A DNA stretch of 64,000 nucleotides, from assembly GCA_049999805.1 (NCBI GenBank), contig JBNGIO010006382.1:220234-284233 (forward strand). The letters are read 5' to 3'. Within the stretch, counting starts at the first letter, position 1; the number at the start of each line of letters is the position of its first letter. The notes below the pieces were generated by a model, which worked only from the letters and a program-made list of their open reading frames with translations, did no database searches and was not told where the DNA came from. Positions 46,859 to 59,700 of this stretch are shown one piece after another. The position numbers and the translations under genes were made by a program. This DNA comes from Folioceros fuciformis. Taxonomy: Eukaryota.

Positions 46859-49624
46859 CTATGGCGGCAGGTTCACATGCGGGAGGTAGTCTCCTTCCTT
46901 CAATTTCGAGACTACCTGCTTCAGCATTGAATATATACCTTCGCTCTCCTCATGGTTCTGATCCCCGACCAAGAAAGTGTGTACCATTCCGTCCATGTCT
47001 GTCCACCAGCTCTGGCCTGGCTGCTTCCAGGCTCCCCTTCCTTTTCTCCTTACCTGCATCTCCTGGGCCTCCTCCCACATCTGCACGCTGGTGTAGATGT
47101 TTGACATCAACACATATGGCGCTGAATCGTTTTCGTCTAGCTTCACTACTTCATCGAATGCGTAGCGTCCGACCTCCACGTTACTCCACTTCTGACAAGC
47201 ACCCAGTAGTGTCCGCCAAACTGCAGCATCGGGAATTGCTGGCATTGTCCTGGCCAATGCTAGTGCCTCGTCCAGTTCGCCCGCACGGCCCAAGAGATCC
47301 ACCATGCAGGCGTAGTGCTCCATGGTAGGAGTGATTCCCTGGTCTTTTGTCATGGATTCGAAGTACTCTCTTCCCTTGTTCACTAGACCCGCATGACTGC
47401 ACACTGTCAGCACACTCAGTGATATGACGCCATCAGGCTGGAGGCCATCATCCCCTTCCATCCTGCGAATTAAGTCAAAAACCACTTCACTGTCTCCTTG
47501 ACGGCTGTATCCTGCAATTAGTGCAGACCACGAGACGATGTCTCGTTCGGGCAGTGCCTCAAATACCTGCTGTGCAGCAAGCATGCTCCCACACTTTGCG
47601 TACATGTTGATCAAACCAATGGCTAGGACAGTTTGCAACTTTTGTTCTTCGATTTGTGCATGGAGTTGCCTTCCCAGACGCAAGGCTGCCACATTCGCAC
47701 ATGCCTGCAGGAGGCACACGTATGTTACGGTGCTAGGCTCCAGGTTTCCCTCGTCCTGCATAGCCCGGTAGAGTTGAATGGCTTCCTGTCCCATGCCCAA
47801 TTGGGAGTATCCTGCTATCATGCTATTCCAAGTCACCACGTTTTTGCGACCTAGCCTGCGAAACACGACCCGAGCATCGTCCAAGCTGCCACACTTCACA
47901 TACATGTTCACCAAGCTGTTCGCCACAGCCACATCACCATGAAGCCCTTGCTCTCCGATCAGTGCGTGAAGCTGCTTTCCCTTCCCCAAAGCTGGTATAC
48001 CCACACTTGCACATGCCTGTAGAAGGTACACAAAAGTTACAGAATCAGGTGCAGCGAGGCCTTCTTGTTGCATCGCACTGTAGAGATTAAGCGCTTCCTG
48101 GCCCATACCTTGCTGGGAATATCCGGCAATCAGAGTAGTCCATGTCACCACATTTTTGAGAGGAAGCCTGTCAAACGCGCCTTGAGCGTCATCCAAGCTG
48201 CCACACTTTGCATACATGTGGACCAAACTGTTCCCCACGGACACATCAGCGTGAAGTCCCTGTCGCCGAATCTGTGCATGCAGCTGTTTCCCCTGGTCCA
48301 GAGCTGAAGAGCCCACACTTGCACATGCTTGCAGGAGGCACATGAAAGTCACAGAATCGGGTGCAGAAATACCATCCTCATGCATGGCAGTGTAGAGGCG
48401 AAGTGCTTCCTGGCCCATGCCCTGCTGGGAATATCCTCCTATCAGAGCAGTCCACGTCACCACATTCTTTTGATCAAGCCTATCAAAGACCCCTTGAGCA
48501 TCCTCCACGCTGCCACATTTTGCGTACATATTCACCAGACTGCTACCTAGAAGAACATCTGTGTGAAGCCCTTGTTCTCCGATTTGTGCATGCAGCTGCT
48601 TACCCTTCTCCAAAACAGTGGTACCCACACTTGCACAGGCCTGCAGCAAGGACACAAATGTGACGGAATCAGGTGCAGAAATTCCTTCTTGCTGCATAGC
48701 GCTGTAAAGACGAAGGGCTTCCAGCCCCATGCCCTGCTGGGAATATCCTGCTATCATGGCGTTCCATGTCACCACATCCTTGCATGGAAGCTCGTCGAAC
48801 AGCCTTTGAGCAGTTACCAAGCTCCCACATTTGCAATACATGTCCACCAAGCAATTCCCAACGAACAAGTCAGATTCAACTCCACAGGACAGCACATCAG
48901 CATGCACCTGCTGCCCACTTTCCAAGTCTCCTGCCCTTGCACAAGCCTGAAGCGCTCCTACAAACACATGGCCATCTGGCTTCACACACGATTTCCGCAT
49001 CTGCTGATAGAGCTGTATGGCATGCTTTGCCTGCCCATGCTTCACATGAGCCGTTATTATGGAAGACCACATGAAGGCATCTGGATTGGCAACCACGGTG
49101 AACACATCCATCGCTTCTTGCAACCTGCCATGAGAGGCATACATTCTCAGGATGTGGTTGCACAGAAACGTGTCCGACTCATACCCTATCCCCACACAGA
49201 GAGCATGCACACGGCGACCCAAAACGAGATCCTTTCTACAACCATGTGTTTTCAAGACAGCAAAAAACAGAGACGACGAAGTACGGCAGTCCATCTGCAC
49301 CAGAACTCCCAGAGCCTCAACAGCTTCCCTGACCTTCCCGTGCTGGCATGATTCGCTCACAGTTCCAGCCGTCACGTCAGGCCTGCGATCATCCGGCAAG
49401 CTCCATGTCGGGGCACGGCGCCCCATGCGCATGTCCAGAGCGGCCACAACCCAACCCCGCCTATTGGACTTGTTCACCCAGAGGGTCTCCTGGGAAACCC
49501 TGTGCAGGAAATCTTGCGAGCCACGGGAGGTCTGTCGATGTCGCCTGGCACCCAACCCAACATTTGGTACAGTAAAGATCGTGGCCACAAGACATCCTGG
49601 ACCCGAGTCTTCCCGGAAACACAT
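46859..49624 (-). CDS. PLS-class pentatricopeptide-repeat protein with E1/E2 and a truncated WW-variant DYW (E+); probable organellar RNA-editing factor
   Basis: Repeated P-L-S motifs (VVTWNAMIAGY, PDSVTFVSLLQAC, GNSLVHMYAKCGS); HYACMVDLLGRAG; WRTLLGAC; YVLMSNIY; KQPGQSWWTD..VHTFLVGD..H. Stops before HxE/CxxC. Start codon uncertain. Confidence 0.93.
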   Translation of the reverse strand: MCFREDSGPGCLVATIFTVPNVGLGARRHRQTSRGSQDFLHRVSQETLWVNKSNRRGWVVAALDMRMGRRAPTWSLPDDRRPDVTAGTVSESCQHGKVREAVEALGVLVQMDCRTSSSLFFAVLKTHGCRKDLVLGRRVHALCVGIGYESDTFLCNHILRMYASHGRLQEAMDVFTVVANPDAFMWSSIITAHVKHGQAKHAIQLYQQMRKSCVKPDGHVFVGALQACARAGDLESGQQVHADVLSCGVESDLFVGNCLVDMYCKCGSLVTAQRLFDELPCKDVVTWNAMIAGYSQQGMGLEALRLYSAMQQEGISAPDSVTFVSLLQACASVGTTVLEKGKQLHAQIGEQGLHTDVLLGSSLVNMYAKCGSVEDAQGVFDRLDQKNVVTWTALIGGYSQQGMGQEALRLYTAMHEDGISAPDSVTFMCLLQACASVGSSALDQGKQLHAQIRRQGLHADVSVGNSLVHMYAKCGSLDDAQGAFDRLPLKNVVTWTTLIAGYSQQGMGQEALNLYSAMQQEGLAAPDSVTFVYLLQACASVGIPALGKGKQLHALIGEQGLHGDVAVANSLVNMYVKCGSLDDARVVFRRLGRKNVVTWNSMIAGYSQLGMGQEAIQLYRAMQDEGNLEPSTVTYVCLLQACANVAALRLGRQLHAQIEEQKLQTVLAIGLINMYAKCGSMLAAQQVFEALPERDIVSWSALIAGYSRQGDSEVVFDLIRRMEGDDGLQPDGVISLSVLTVCSHAGLVNKGREYFESMTKDQGITPTMEHYACMVDLLGRAGELDEALALARTMPAIPDAAVWRTLLGACQKWSNVEVGRYAFDEVVKLDENDSAPYVLMSNIYTSVQMWEEAQEMQVRRKGRGAWKQPGQSWWTDMDGMVHTFLVGDQNHEESEGIYSMLKQVVSKLKEGDYLPHVNLPP

Positions 49625-51441
49625 TTTCGTGAACGAACTGGTTTTCTTGCGAAGCCGGTACGTGCACTAGGCAGATGTCTGTTTGAGAGAGCCGGAAACA
49701 CACGCACATCGAGTAGAGAACTAGCTGTGCATGCTAAGAGGGCTGCACAATGCTCTCTTGGCTGCATCATGCTCTACTGCCTGCATCGTTCGGTGCGCTA
49801 TGAAACAACGACCTGGCCGTGAGAGGGTGTTGTCGAAGTGCCCGGTGTTGTAGAATTGAGCATCATCGCTCCGAAGTTGCTACTTGCGACGACCAGGAAT
49901 CCAGGATCATTCGTTCAAGGGAAGGATTTCGATCTGGACCAATGCCGGTCCAGGGGTTTACCGTTCAATGTTTCCTGCAACAGGAACCGCGTTCCCCTCG
50001 AGTAACACTTAGCTAGCTCTTACTACCACACCGTACACACCTCCAGGACTCGAGGGATGCTCGATAGGCTCCACATAAGGTATTAGACACGAAGCACATA
50101 GGAGGTTTGAGTTCGTTGTTTAATAGCAGCGGGCCACGTGTATGAGGACAACAGCCCTCATGAACACCAGAGGCCGAGTGGGGGGGCCTACAGAAGGAGC
50201 ACATCGAGAGATTGCGAAAAGCTGATTAAAATCCGATCCAGACAGAAACGCTCGTAAGTAGATGACTTCGGGCTTAGCCGCTAGCTTGCGGCTCAAGAGA
50301 ATCTGACTTTACTGTGAGTGAAAAGTTCATGCACTCACCCGAGGGCACATGAGCTTCTGCAGGAAAGAAAACGCACTGTCGTCCTGACAAGAGTCATTAC
50401 CTCGGTTCCCTTGTGCAAGGGATGCTGACAGTGGACTACATTCGCCGAAACCTAACCCTTGCCTGCAGACGGACGCTGAGGCTAACGGTCTGTAGTGAGA
50501 TGTCCAAACGCCACCCGAGAATGAGTTTTTGCACACAAGACCCCAGACCAGGTCACTGTCTTCCACATAAATGGCTTGACCTTGCCTGCCTTCTACGGGA
50601 GATGTTGACAGTGGACTGCAGTCGCCTGCACCTAGCCCTAACCCTAAAATGCAGACAGTCGCTGAGACGAGCGGTCTGTTCCTTACCAACGGTACACAGC
50701 GAAGCCTTAAGCGCAATCAGACAGACCAGGACTCTACACAGAGCACAAGACATCCATAACACGGCGGAGTGAAACATTGTTCACAGGGATTAGACGCCTA
50801 CAGCAACTCTCTTCAGGTCAGGTCTCCATGTTCTTCCGCATTGCTGTAAAAGCACTCAGTAGAACGAAAGTATTGCTCATCACCAGAGAGGCACAGACAG
50901 ACGAAGCCATGGAACAAGACCGATTGGAACTATCGTCAGTAACAGAGTTCATCTCATCCACAGCATTGTCAAACTGTGTCCGAAGGTGTCCTAAGATTCT
51001 GTACTGTTCATCATCCGATAAGAAAGCTCCTCAACCCCACCGGCGAGAGAACGACCAGCTCTAAAGGTTAGGCAAAGCACGCCTGCCCGCTACAAGCAAC
51101 GGCTACACAAGTACTCCGTGGCGTGAAGAAACCACAGTCGTAGCACAAGGGCAGACAAGAGACGCCAGAAGCAAGACGCAACGAAAAGGGCACGCCAGAC
51201 GCAACGAAAAGGGCACGCCAGACGCCACAGCAATGCAGGAATGGCTAAATTGAGGTCACCACGGTACTATTTATAATCGCGAGATGAAGTTTCTCTAGAA
51301 AATAAGAAATGGAAAACCCATCTATTTCGATCCATACTTGTGGAAATGATCTAGAACTAAGTACATACGTATTTCGATATCATGCATTACTGTTGGTTTA
51401 TTTGTGTAGTCTTAGGTCTGCGATTTAGGTCTACGGGGGCG

Positions 51442-51449
51442 TAGGGTTT
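51442..51449. promoter_or_regulatory. Telo-box (TAGGGTTT = AAACCCTA) upstream of UTP14
   Basis: Exact motif ~100 nt before the ATG. Telo-boxes are typical of plant ribosome-biogenesis gene promoters. Confidence 0.45.
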
Positions 51450-51548
51450 TAGAGCTGGACTTTGGACGGGAAGGACGAGTGTGAAAATGACAAACATTTG
51501 TTAACGGATCGTCTGGCCTCCGGCCAGCTCCGGAATCCTGCCACCGCG

Positions 51549-54500
51549 ATGCCGTCCAACAAGAGGCCTCGAATTGTCGGGAAGAGCAGAGGAAGAAGGC
51601 GAGATGGGCAGCCTTCGAGCAAGAGATTGAAAGGAAATGGAGGATCTCTTAACCGGAAGCCAAAGACCGGCCCTCGCTATCCGGCAGCTCTGCAGAAGGA
51701 GCTGAATCTGCCGAGGCATTCAAAATCTGAGGATGAAGATCAGCAGGAAAATGAATTGAATGTGGGAGATGTATACGAGNNNNNNNNNNNNNNNNNNNNN
51801 NNNNNNNNNNNNNNNNNNNNNNNNNNNNNNNNNNNNNNNNNNNNNNNNNNNNNNNNNNNNNNNNNNNNNNNNNNNNNNNATGTATACGAGTACGAAGATG
51901 GTGTACCAGAAGAAGAATCTGGAAAGAATCGGCGGTTTGATGTTGTCGATCGGCTGGAATACGAGTTGCCTCCGGACTTCGAGGTTGGTGACATGAATTT
52001 GCGTGTCTAATGCACTGTCGGACGTGGTTTGTGAGTACTTGGCGGATGAGCAAATGGGTTGCTCTTGATTATCGGTAGCAAAGGGGCTTATTTGCTTTGT
52101 GGGAAACAGGACGAGGAGATTCCCGAAGAATCTGCATTTGGGGAGGATGATGACGGTGAAGTCCCTCAGAGGAATCCCAAGAGATTGAAGGTAAAGGGTG
52201 CACACTTGGTGGATCTCAACAGTGACGACGAGGACTCGGATAATGAGGCAAAAGATGAGGGCGTAGATGAAGATGATCTGGATAAGGAAGAGGGAGAATC
52301 TGGGTATGATGATGAGAAAAACGAAAAGGACGAGCGCTTGTCATTTGCTGATGATCTGGACATGGATGAGGGTAATGAGGACGATGCTGGCGAGGAGGAA
52401 GATGATGAAGAGAGACAGTTGGATTTGATCAGTGATTTTACAGGGGACGATGCAAGCTACATACTAGGTCCGGGCTGTGAACTCTGTTTATGTTCTCTGT
52501 TTTTCCATAACTGGGTTGATGTCGTTTGATCCAGAGACCTGCCTGAGAGTTACGTCAGGCATTTACGTTTCTAGTCCTTGACTTGGAGACTGTGCAGGTC
52601 AGCGAAAACGGAAGAGGAGGGGCGGTGTCAGTGAAGCACACGAAGAGCTTGAGATGTATTTGAACCCTTCAACAGGTTCAGGCTCTCAGTCCTTGGCTGG
52701 GGAGGATTTTGTCTCAGCTATGGAAGGCAAACCAAGGTTTGCTGCGTTGAGGAAGCGTACAGAGCAATTGAATCGCAGTTCAGCTCGCCTACAAGCGCCT
52801 CTACGGAAAGTGATACAGGACAGAGTGGAAAGGATGGCTGCGTATGAAAACACTAAGGAAGACATTTCGAAGTGGCAGCCTTTGGTAAAAGCCAATCGGG
52901 AGGCGCCATGTCGGGTTTTCAATAAAAATCCAGAGCTTCCAGCTATGTCCACAACTTCCGTCGCAGCAAAGTTCCAACCAAGAAATCAACTGGAGAAGGA
53001 TATAGCTAATTTACTTAAGGAGAGCGGATCAACTCATGGAAGTACTGTACAAGCAGCTGAAGCACTTGCTTTGAACAAGGTATCCGGGAGAGTGCTTATT
53101 TGTCGCAGCATGTATGGGGCTCAAGGGCCGCCATCTCGAGGAGGAGTTTTTTACTCTGGTGCTCATGTTACCTGATTTCTGCAGTTCACTGTTGAAGAAG
53201 TTAAGGAGCGGCAGGAGAAATTATCGAGGATGCGGAGCCTCTTGTTCAAGCATGAGTTAGCAGCCAAACGCATCAAGAAGATCAAGTCCAAAACCTTTCA
53301 TCGCCTGCTTCTGAAGGGTCAGAAGAAGAAGGAGGCTAATGCTGAGGCAGCTCTTACTGAAGCCGATCTGGAGGCTCGAAAAGAAGCTGTGATGAAACAA
53401 GAGTTCAAGCGAGCTCAGGTACTGTTGTGCATTTGATTTGTTGATTGGAGGCATCGGCCATCTGAGCCTTTGGCTGTCTGTAGAATCTGTTTTTGTAGAT
53501 TTTAATTTTTTTGACAAAGCACTGTACTTCCAGGAAAGGATGACTTTGAAGCACAAAAATACTTCTCGATGGGCAAAGAGAATCTTGAAACGAGGACTGC
53601 AAGCCCATGCAGATGATGGTGTTCGGGATGCAATTGCTGAACAACTTCGCAACCATGCTCTTCTTACAAAGAAGATCCATTCGGCTAGTCTGAGCAGTAG
53701 TGATGATGATAGTTCAAGCGAAGATGAAGAAGATTGCAGCAAAGCGGACAACAAGTCTGGAGAGAAGTCCAGGGCCAAGGTTCTTGCCAAAGCTAAGGTG
53801 GCAACTTTGAAGGCCCTGGAGGGAGATGAGGAGGCTGAAATCCCAACCTCAGGATTGTTTGCTCTTCCATTCATGGTATGGCTTGCGGGAGCCCTGTGTG
53901 AGGTCCTTCCCAACATTTCCCACTGTTGGTTTAGGGTTTAGGGTTAAACAACTTGACCCAGGGGAACCATGTGAAATACTGCAAAGTACTGATTGTCTTT
54001 CTGTCTATACGCCTCTGCAGGCCAGGGCGATTGAGAAAAAGAGGAAAGAGGCCCGAGAAGCTGCAGTAGCTGCTTTGAAGCAACTGGACTCGGCTGAAAA
54101 TGACGATTCTTTTGTTGAGAATGACACTGAGGATGCAGGTAAAGAAGGTGAGAAATCGGGCCGGCTTTCTTTTGGGAGACCGGAACTCTTGCGAAAACGT
54201 GCAAAAGATGAGGAGCACGATATGCTAGTTGACAGAGGCAGTGACAGTGATGAGGAAGACAGTGATGAGGATGAAGGGAAAAGTGGGTTAGCAGTGAAGC
54301 AAGCCAGTTGCAGGGATGAAGGCACATCTGCCCAGTCTACAAGATGGGAAAGGGCACAGCCAGCACTGGTGAGTAGCTCACATTGGCATCATATTTTCTT
54401 GTGCATTTGATATTAACTGCTGAGAGAAATACTGTGGATCCTGCTGTCCTTACACTACGGAATGGTGTTGCAGATGAATGGCAAGTCCGATCACAAAACA

Positions 54501-55708
54501 GTGGCAATAGGGCCGACTGATGTAGGGACCAGCACACAAAGTAAGCCTCTGGCTGAAAAGACTAGTCTAGGGTCTACTCCACCGCCAGTTGATTCCGAAT
54601 CAGAGCACTCGAGAACAGGCCATGCAAGGTTATTTTCTACGAACGGGTCCGCCAAGAAGCATGATTTGAAGCCAAAAGACCAGGGAATGATGAAAGACTC
54701 GGACAGAAATGGGCAAGCCGCTTCTCTGCAACCACCTGAAGTCTTTTTCGCGACCTCGCAGAGGCAAGAGCTCAAAGTTCATCCGGATTCCGACGAAATC
54801 GAGTCAGTTGATACCGGTGCCAGGCCGTCCGCCCCGACGGAACCTTCACAGATGGCCTTCCTTAGTGACGATGAGGAAGATCCGGATGACGAAGGGGCCA
54901 CAAATGGTCCGACAGCAAAGGGATTCGAGTCTCAGCAAGAATTGATCAAGCGAGCTTTTGCTGGCGATGATGTTGAAGAGGAGTTTCAAGAGGAGAAAGC
55001 CAAAGCAGTGGATGGGGAATTACCATCTGCAGAGGGCCCGGTCTCCTTACCTGGCTGGGGACAGTGGACAGAGGTTCAGCAACGGCAGGGTCTTCCGTCT
55101 TGGATTTTGAAGGAGCGAGCAGACCTCCAGGCAAAGAAGCAGTCTTTAATGAAGGCCCGGAAAGACGCAAGACTCAAGCACGTGATAATCAGTGAAAAGA
55201 CGGATAAGAAGGTAAGATAGTTGTTGAAGTACATGGTTCGTTTGTGCTCTTTGCGTGAGCTTGGGCACTGGTGCTAAGCGGTCGTTGTAAAATTTGCAGG
55301 CCCGGAAGTTCAGTGCGCAGTCACTACCTTTCCCATTCAAGTCGAAAGAAGTGTATGAACGAAGCATACGTGACCCCATTGGCCCCGATTTCAACACTGA
55401 CAAAGCTTTCAGGAATCTGATCGCTCCAAAGGTAACTGTTTGAAGTCGAGTTCGGGTTGGCTGTCTGCCCTTCTCCTTGTATGTGGATCACTGTTCCCCT
55501 TCTCCTATTTTCTCATTCGTCGCTGACCATGCTACAGGAGGTGAAGAGCGCGGGAGTGCCTATCGAACCAATTCAATACACCATGCCACCTGCAAAAGCT
55601 GCCAAGTCTATTCAAACCACTTCTAAGTCTGTCTCTGTGAAAGTCGTTCGTGCCAACTCTGGCCAGTCTAAGGCTGTTAAAGCCAAGTCCAGGAAAGCTC
55701 GTTCTTGA
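51549..55708 (+). CDS. UTP14: U3 snoRNA-associated protein 14 (multi-exon, ~9 exons; N gap in exon 1)
   Basis: AAYENTKEDISKWQPLVKANREA, MRSLLF..E..AKRIKKIKSKTFHR, RAQERMTLKHKNTSRWAK, GLFALPFM, AFAGDDVEEEF, LPGWGQW, HVIISEK and LPFPF..YERSI..PIGPDFN. Confidence 0.94.
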
Positions 55709-55974
55709 GCATCACCTATCGCGATTAATACCGTTTTTTCGAATCCAGTAGCCAATTTTTGTTTCATATACGAACGCGTCGTGGCACGACTAACTGAACG
55801 TGTGCTTTCTAGCAGGACCGCTCTCCTGGTATCATCTTCTACAGCTCCCCTGATGCCCACAAGACAAGCCGGAACACTGGCTAGGAGCCATGTGAAACAA
55901 CCCCCGTGTACTTGCATCCTCGATACGAAAAATAGAAAATCGGCTGTGGCGAGACAGCATCAGCGAAATTGACA

Positions 55975-56046
55975 AGGAGGCAACCAGGATTGAACTGGTG
56001 ACCTATCGGACTGCAGCCGATTGCTCTACCACTGAGCTATACCTCC
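55975..56046 (-). tRNA. trnC-GCA: tRNA-Cys(GCA), intronless
   Basis: Reverse complement GGAGGTATAGCTCAGTGGTAGAGCAATCGGCTGCAGTCCGATAGGTCACCAGTTCAATCCTGGTTGCCTCCT folds to a cloverleaf with anticodon GCA, discriminator U and intact A/B boxes. Confidence 0.95.
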
Positions 56047-56337
56047 GCTTTCATATACATTTGGATGTACTTACTATTTAGACAAATTTAAAAATTCAAC
56101 TTTAAATAATTGAATAAGTGTGTTCAGCTTTATACCACATATAGTATCCTTCCTTTCCGTTTTTGTGGCTTGATCTGTATGAATTTTTCATTATCCTGAA
56201 CTTTGGTACATAATGGTATGTTTCAAAAATTTCAAAGCACGCTTGAGACGGTAGCGATTCAGAGTGTACTCTAAGTGGCCTCGGAATCCTGGTCTTCAAA
56301 CGGTGCGCATTTGGAAGGATAGAGTTGAGGTAGAGAC

Positions 56338-57240
56338 ATGACAGCGGCGGTGGCCGGGGCCCTCTCGGTCCTGGGAACGGTACAAACCGTGAGGCTAGGG
56401 GACAACGTTGGGGAGCGCGTGAGAGCGGCGGGCGATCAGCACCTGGTCCTCTCGCAGCCGCAGCGCCTCCTGCATCGGCAGGAATGTTCGCTGCTCAGGC
56501 ATCGATGTGTCGGCGTGGCAAGCCGCCGGCTGTCACGCTCGCTCTGGCCGCTCTCGGCCGTGGTGGCCAGCCAGGCAGAGGTGAGGCGCCGCCGTTGCCA
56601 CTGGCCTTCAACCAGCCGTTGCCGGTGTTGAGGATGCTCTTGTGTGCAGGAGGCCGTGAAGCAGCAAGAAGAGGATTCGAGTGCCGCGGCCACCAAGACA
56701 TCCTACCATTTTCTCATTGCCAACGCCAAATTCATGCTGGATGAGGAGGAGCATTTTCAAGAGTTGCTGAAGGAGCGGCTCCGCAAATTCGGGGAGGACG
56801 GCCGGAAGCAGGACTTCTGGCTCGTCATCGAGCCGAAGTTTCTGCAGGAGTTCCCTGACTACAAGCAGCGGCTGAGCCGGCCTGCGGTGGCCTTGGTTTC
56901 GACCGATGCCGTCTGGATCACGTGAGTGCTGCTGTCGTTGGTGCCAGACAAAACCCTGAGGGGTTTAAGAAGCCCCTTGCTTTCTGTCTGTTCCATAGGC
57001 CTCTTAGCTCTGATTGGGACCGAAGCGGGAATTCCCTCATATTACTGTATTTTTTGCAGGTTCATGAAATTACGGCTAGATCGTGTCCTGAAGGGCTCAT
57101 TCGAGACAGAACGCGCCGAGGAGGCTCTCACTGGCAACCCTGTCGAACTGCATTTCGACCAGCCTCAGAAGTGGACTGCGCCGTACCCCAAGTACCAAGG
57201 CGAATGGTGGACGCCCTTCTTGTATAAGGGGGAAGCTTAG
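56338..57240 (+). CDS. YCF54: Ycf54/LCAA, Mg-protoporphyrin IX monomethyl ester cyclase accessory protein. Exons 56338-56580, 56650-56921, 57060-57240
   Basis: Transit peptide; YHFLIANAKFMLDEEEHFQE, DFWLVIEPKFL, PAVALVST..WITFMKLRLDRVL and WTAPYPKY..WWTPF. Confidence 0.95.
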
Positions 57241-57445
57241 GATGATGGCCTTTAGATGATTTTGCGCAGAGTGATTGCTCCTAGCGTTAGGACTAGAACG
57301 AGTATTGGAATGAAATTCACCGTGGTACGTTGTCCTTACCCAAGGTTAAATCCCTTAAAAATAAGTGCCTGATTCCTATCAGAATGAGGCACAGACGAAA
57401 TGTATGAATACACCGAGATTTTCTAGTGCAATGAATGTATCCCCC

Positions 57446-59700
57446 TTATTGCGCCTGTTTCCCTTCTGCTGGTGTGGGGCGAGGTAGTGGCCTGCCCACT
57501 ACGGGCTTGGGAGGGGTGCCTCTTTCCGCTTGGCTGGATCGTAAAAGCAACGCGATTATTCCAGTCACAACTGCCAATATGCATGTTATCCAGAGCCTGC
57601 CTCTCGACGAGGAAAGCAGAGCTTCTAACAGCCACGCCGATGCTATCACAATTGCAACCGCCCAGCCGCTGGCGATCTGAAAGCATCCACCATCAGGAAG
57701 TCAGCTCGGATGTGCTTCAGTCAGGAGAGTAGGAGTATATTCATGACAGACGGGCTTACCACCATAGGCTTTAGAGGCCGTGGAACAGGCTGGTAGAGGT
57801 CCTCTCCAAAAGTGTTGTCCTTGTTGTGCTTGTCCAGCAGATCGTCCTGCGAAAGCAAGTCTAATAAGAGACTGCCAAACAATTACGAGTGAGGAGAGGA
57901 GACTCAGCAAAATTGGTGTGATCGAAGCCATGCACCTTAACGTGAAAAGCCTCACGGCACCAGGATGCGATTTCTTCATCTGTTGTAGGAAGACTGTCCA
58001 GGGCCACCCTTCTTATATGAACATGAACCTGGTACAGGAGCACAGCCTCTGACATATCACCATGAACTGCAATAGAGCCAAGAATTCAATTTACAACACA
58101 GAAGAAGTGCAGGCAACGTCAACACATCAACACAGGTCTGTCCAGTTCTACTTACCACTGAAGGCTGACCCCTCAGAATCCCCAACATAGTGGGTGTCGG
58201 CGTGTCTTTGGGAATTGTAACAGTCATATCATAAATAGCAGGTACAAAAGAGCGAAGATTTTGTACAGCACAAACGAACCCCTGCACCAAATGTTTGTGT
58301 TGACATGCAGATGTGAAAAAACATTTGCAGTCAGGGCTTTACCAATGGTGTGCAAACAACATGCTTGCTGTTCCCATCAGTGAAGTTACCTTTGTACGAG
58401 GAATTAGTACGTTACGAGGAACGGGGATGCCAGACAATGCAGCGTACTCCTGAGCTGCTAGCAACTTGGCCTCGGTAAATCTTGTACCTTCGACAAAAAG
58501 GGCAATCCAAAGGGCGTGAGGGAAGCCCTTCAACCTCTGGAAGCCTTCCTGCACGTTTGGGCGGCATATGAATGAGAGTGGTCGAGGCAACAGCCTGCGA
58601 AGGTGGAACAACCTCAGGGGTTATGATAGCCGATCATTACCTTCAGGGTAGCCTCATCTTGTGCCCAGTTCCTTGCTAGGAACACGTACTCTGAGAACCA
58701 CATAGACCAGCCAATTGCCTGCAACCAGATGATTCCCACCGAAACAAACATTGATATCCACTCAACCAAATTTTCATCAGTCCGGATCAATATCGTGGAG
58801 AGGGACGCACCGGCAAGAACTGTATTGACTTCTTCATAACAGCTCGGGTGCTTCCAAGACATCCAAATCGCTGCAACGATCCGGTGCCAACGGGATTAAA
58901 ATGCAGACACAGGCAAGCCAAGTACACAAGACATTTCTGCAACCTGACAAGGTACTACAATCAAGAATCTTGAAGCTACCTGAGTCTTGAAGCTACCTGA
59001 GCAAGTACCCACCCAACAAGCCAGTCAACATCACTCCGGTGGTTGCAAATCAGAAGGGCATGCTCCTTGCCTGCAAGGGAAGACGTGGACTATCAGAAGA
59101 TTTTCCTGCAAACGTGCACCTGAGCCATCGGCTGCAGAAGCGACAGAAACGGAAAAACACTGCAATCCTCGGTGTCTTCGGAATCCAAGCAGAGTGAAGG
59201 CAACGTCAGGTACCCACCTAGGCGTTTGATTGTCTCGGCTTCAGAATAAACTCGCACCTAGCAAAGATGAGAGAAGCGTGCACCCGGAATTGAGATCCAC
59301 CGTCAAGAAGGCACCCAATTGACGCACATCGCACGGATAAAACAACAATGAAGTGATCCAAAGGTGGGAGGTGAAGCCAGAAAGAAAACCTCTACACCCG
59401 CCCACCAGTCAACTAGCCAAACCAGCTGCGACCAAAGCGCGTCCATCATGTACATATTCGCCAGCCTGTAGGCCTTCCGGGATATAGGTCGCAAGAGAAG
59501 GAGAGTGCACACCTGCGCAGCACAATTGAATACATGCGACACCGTCACGAAGAAAAATTGGGTGGGAGATGGAAGAAAGCGGCCAGAAGGACCACGCAAT
59601 TGTTCAGTCCGGCACGCACTTGCAAGATGTTGATGAAGAAACCGGAGAAGAGGAACGTGATGCCCAGGGGAAGGGCTATGATGCTGGAGGCAGTCCCCAT
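57446..59700 (-). CDS. LPAT2: ER-type lysophosphatidic acid acyltransferase (multi-exon)
   Basis: [47 protein letters not shown] (NHxxxxD), [49 protein letters not shown] and RSSQAER. Confidence 0.93.

Noticed and set aside
22616-59700. Possible lipid/sterol gene cluster (HSD, PLC, DWF7, LPAT2)
   Set aside because: The genes belong to different pathways and are interspersed with TEs and unrelated genes; chance is sufficient.
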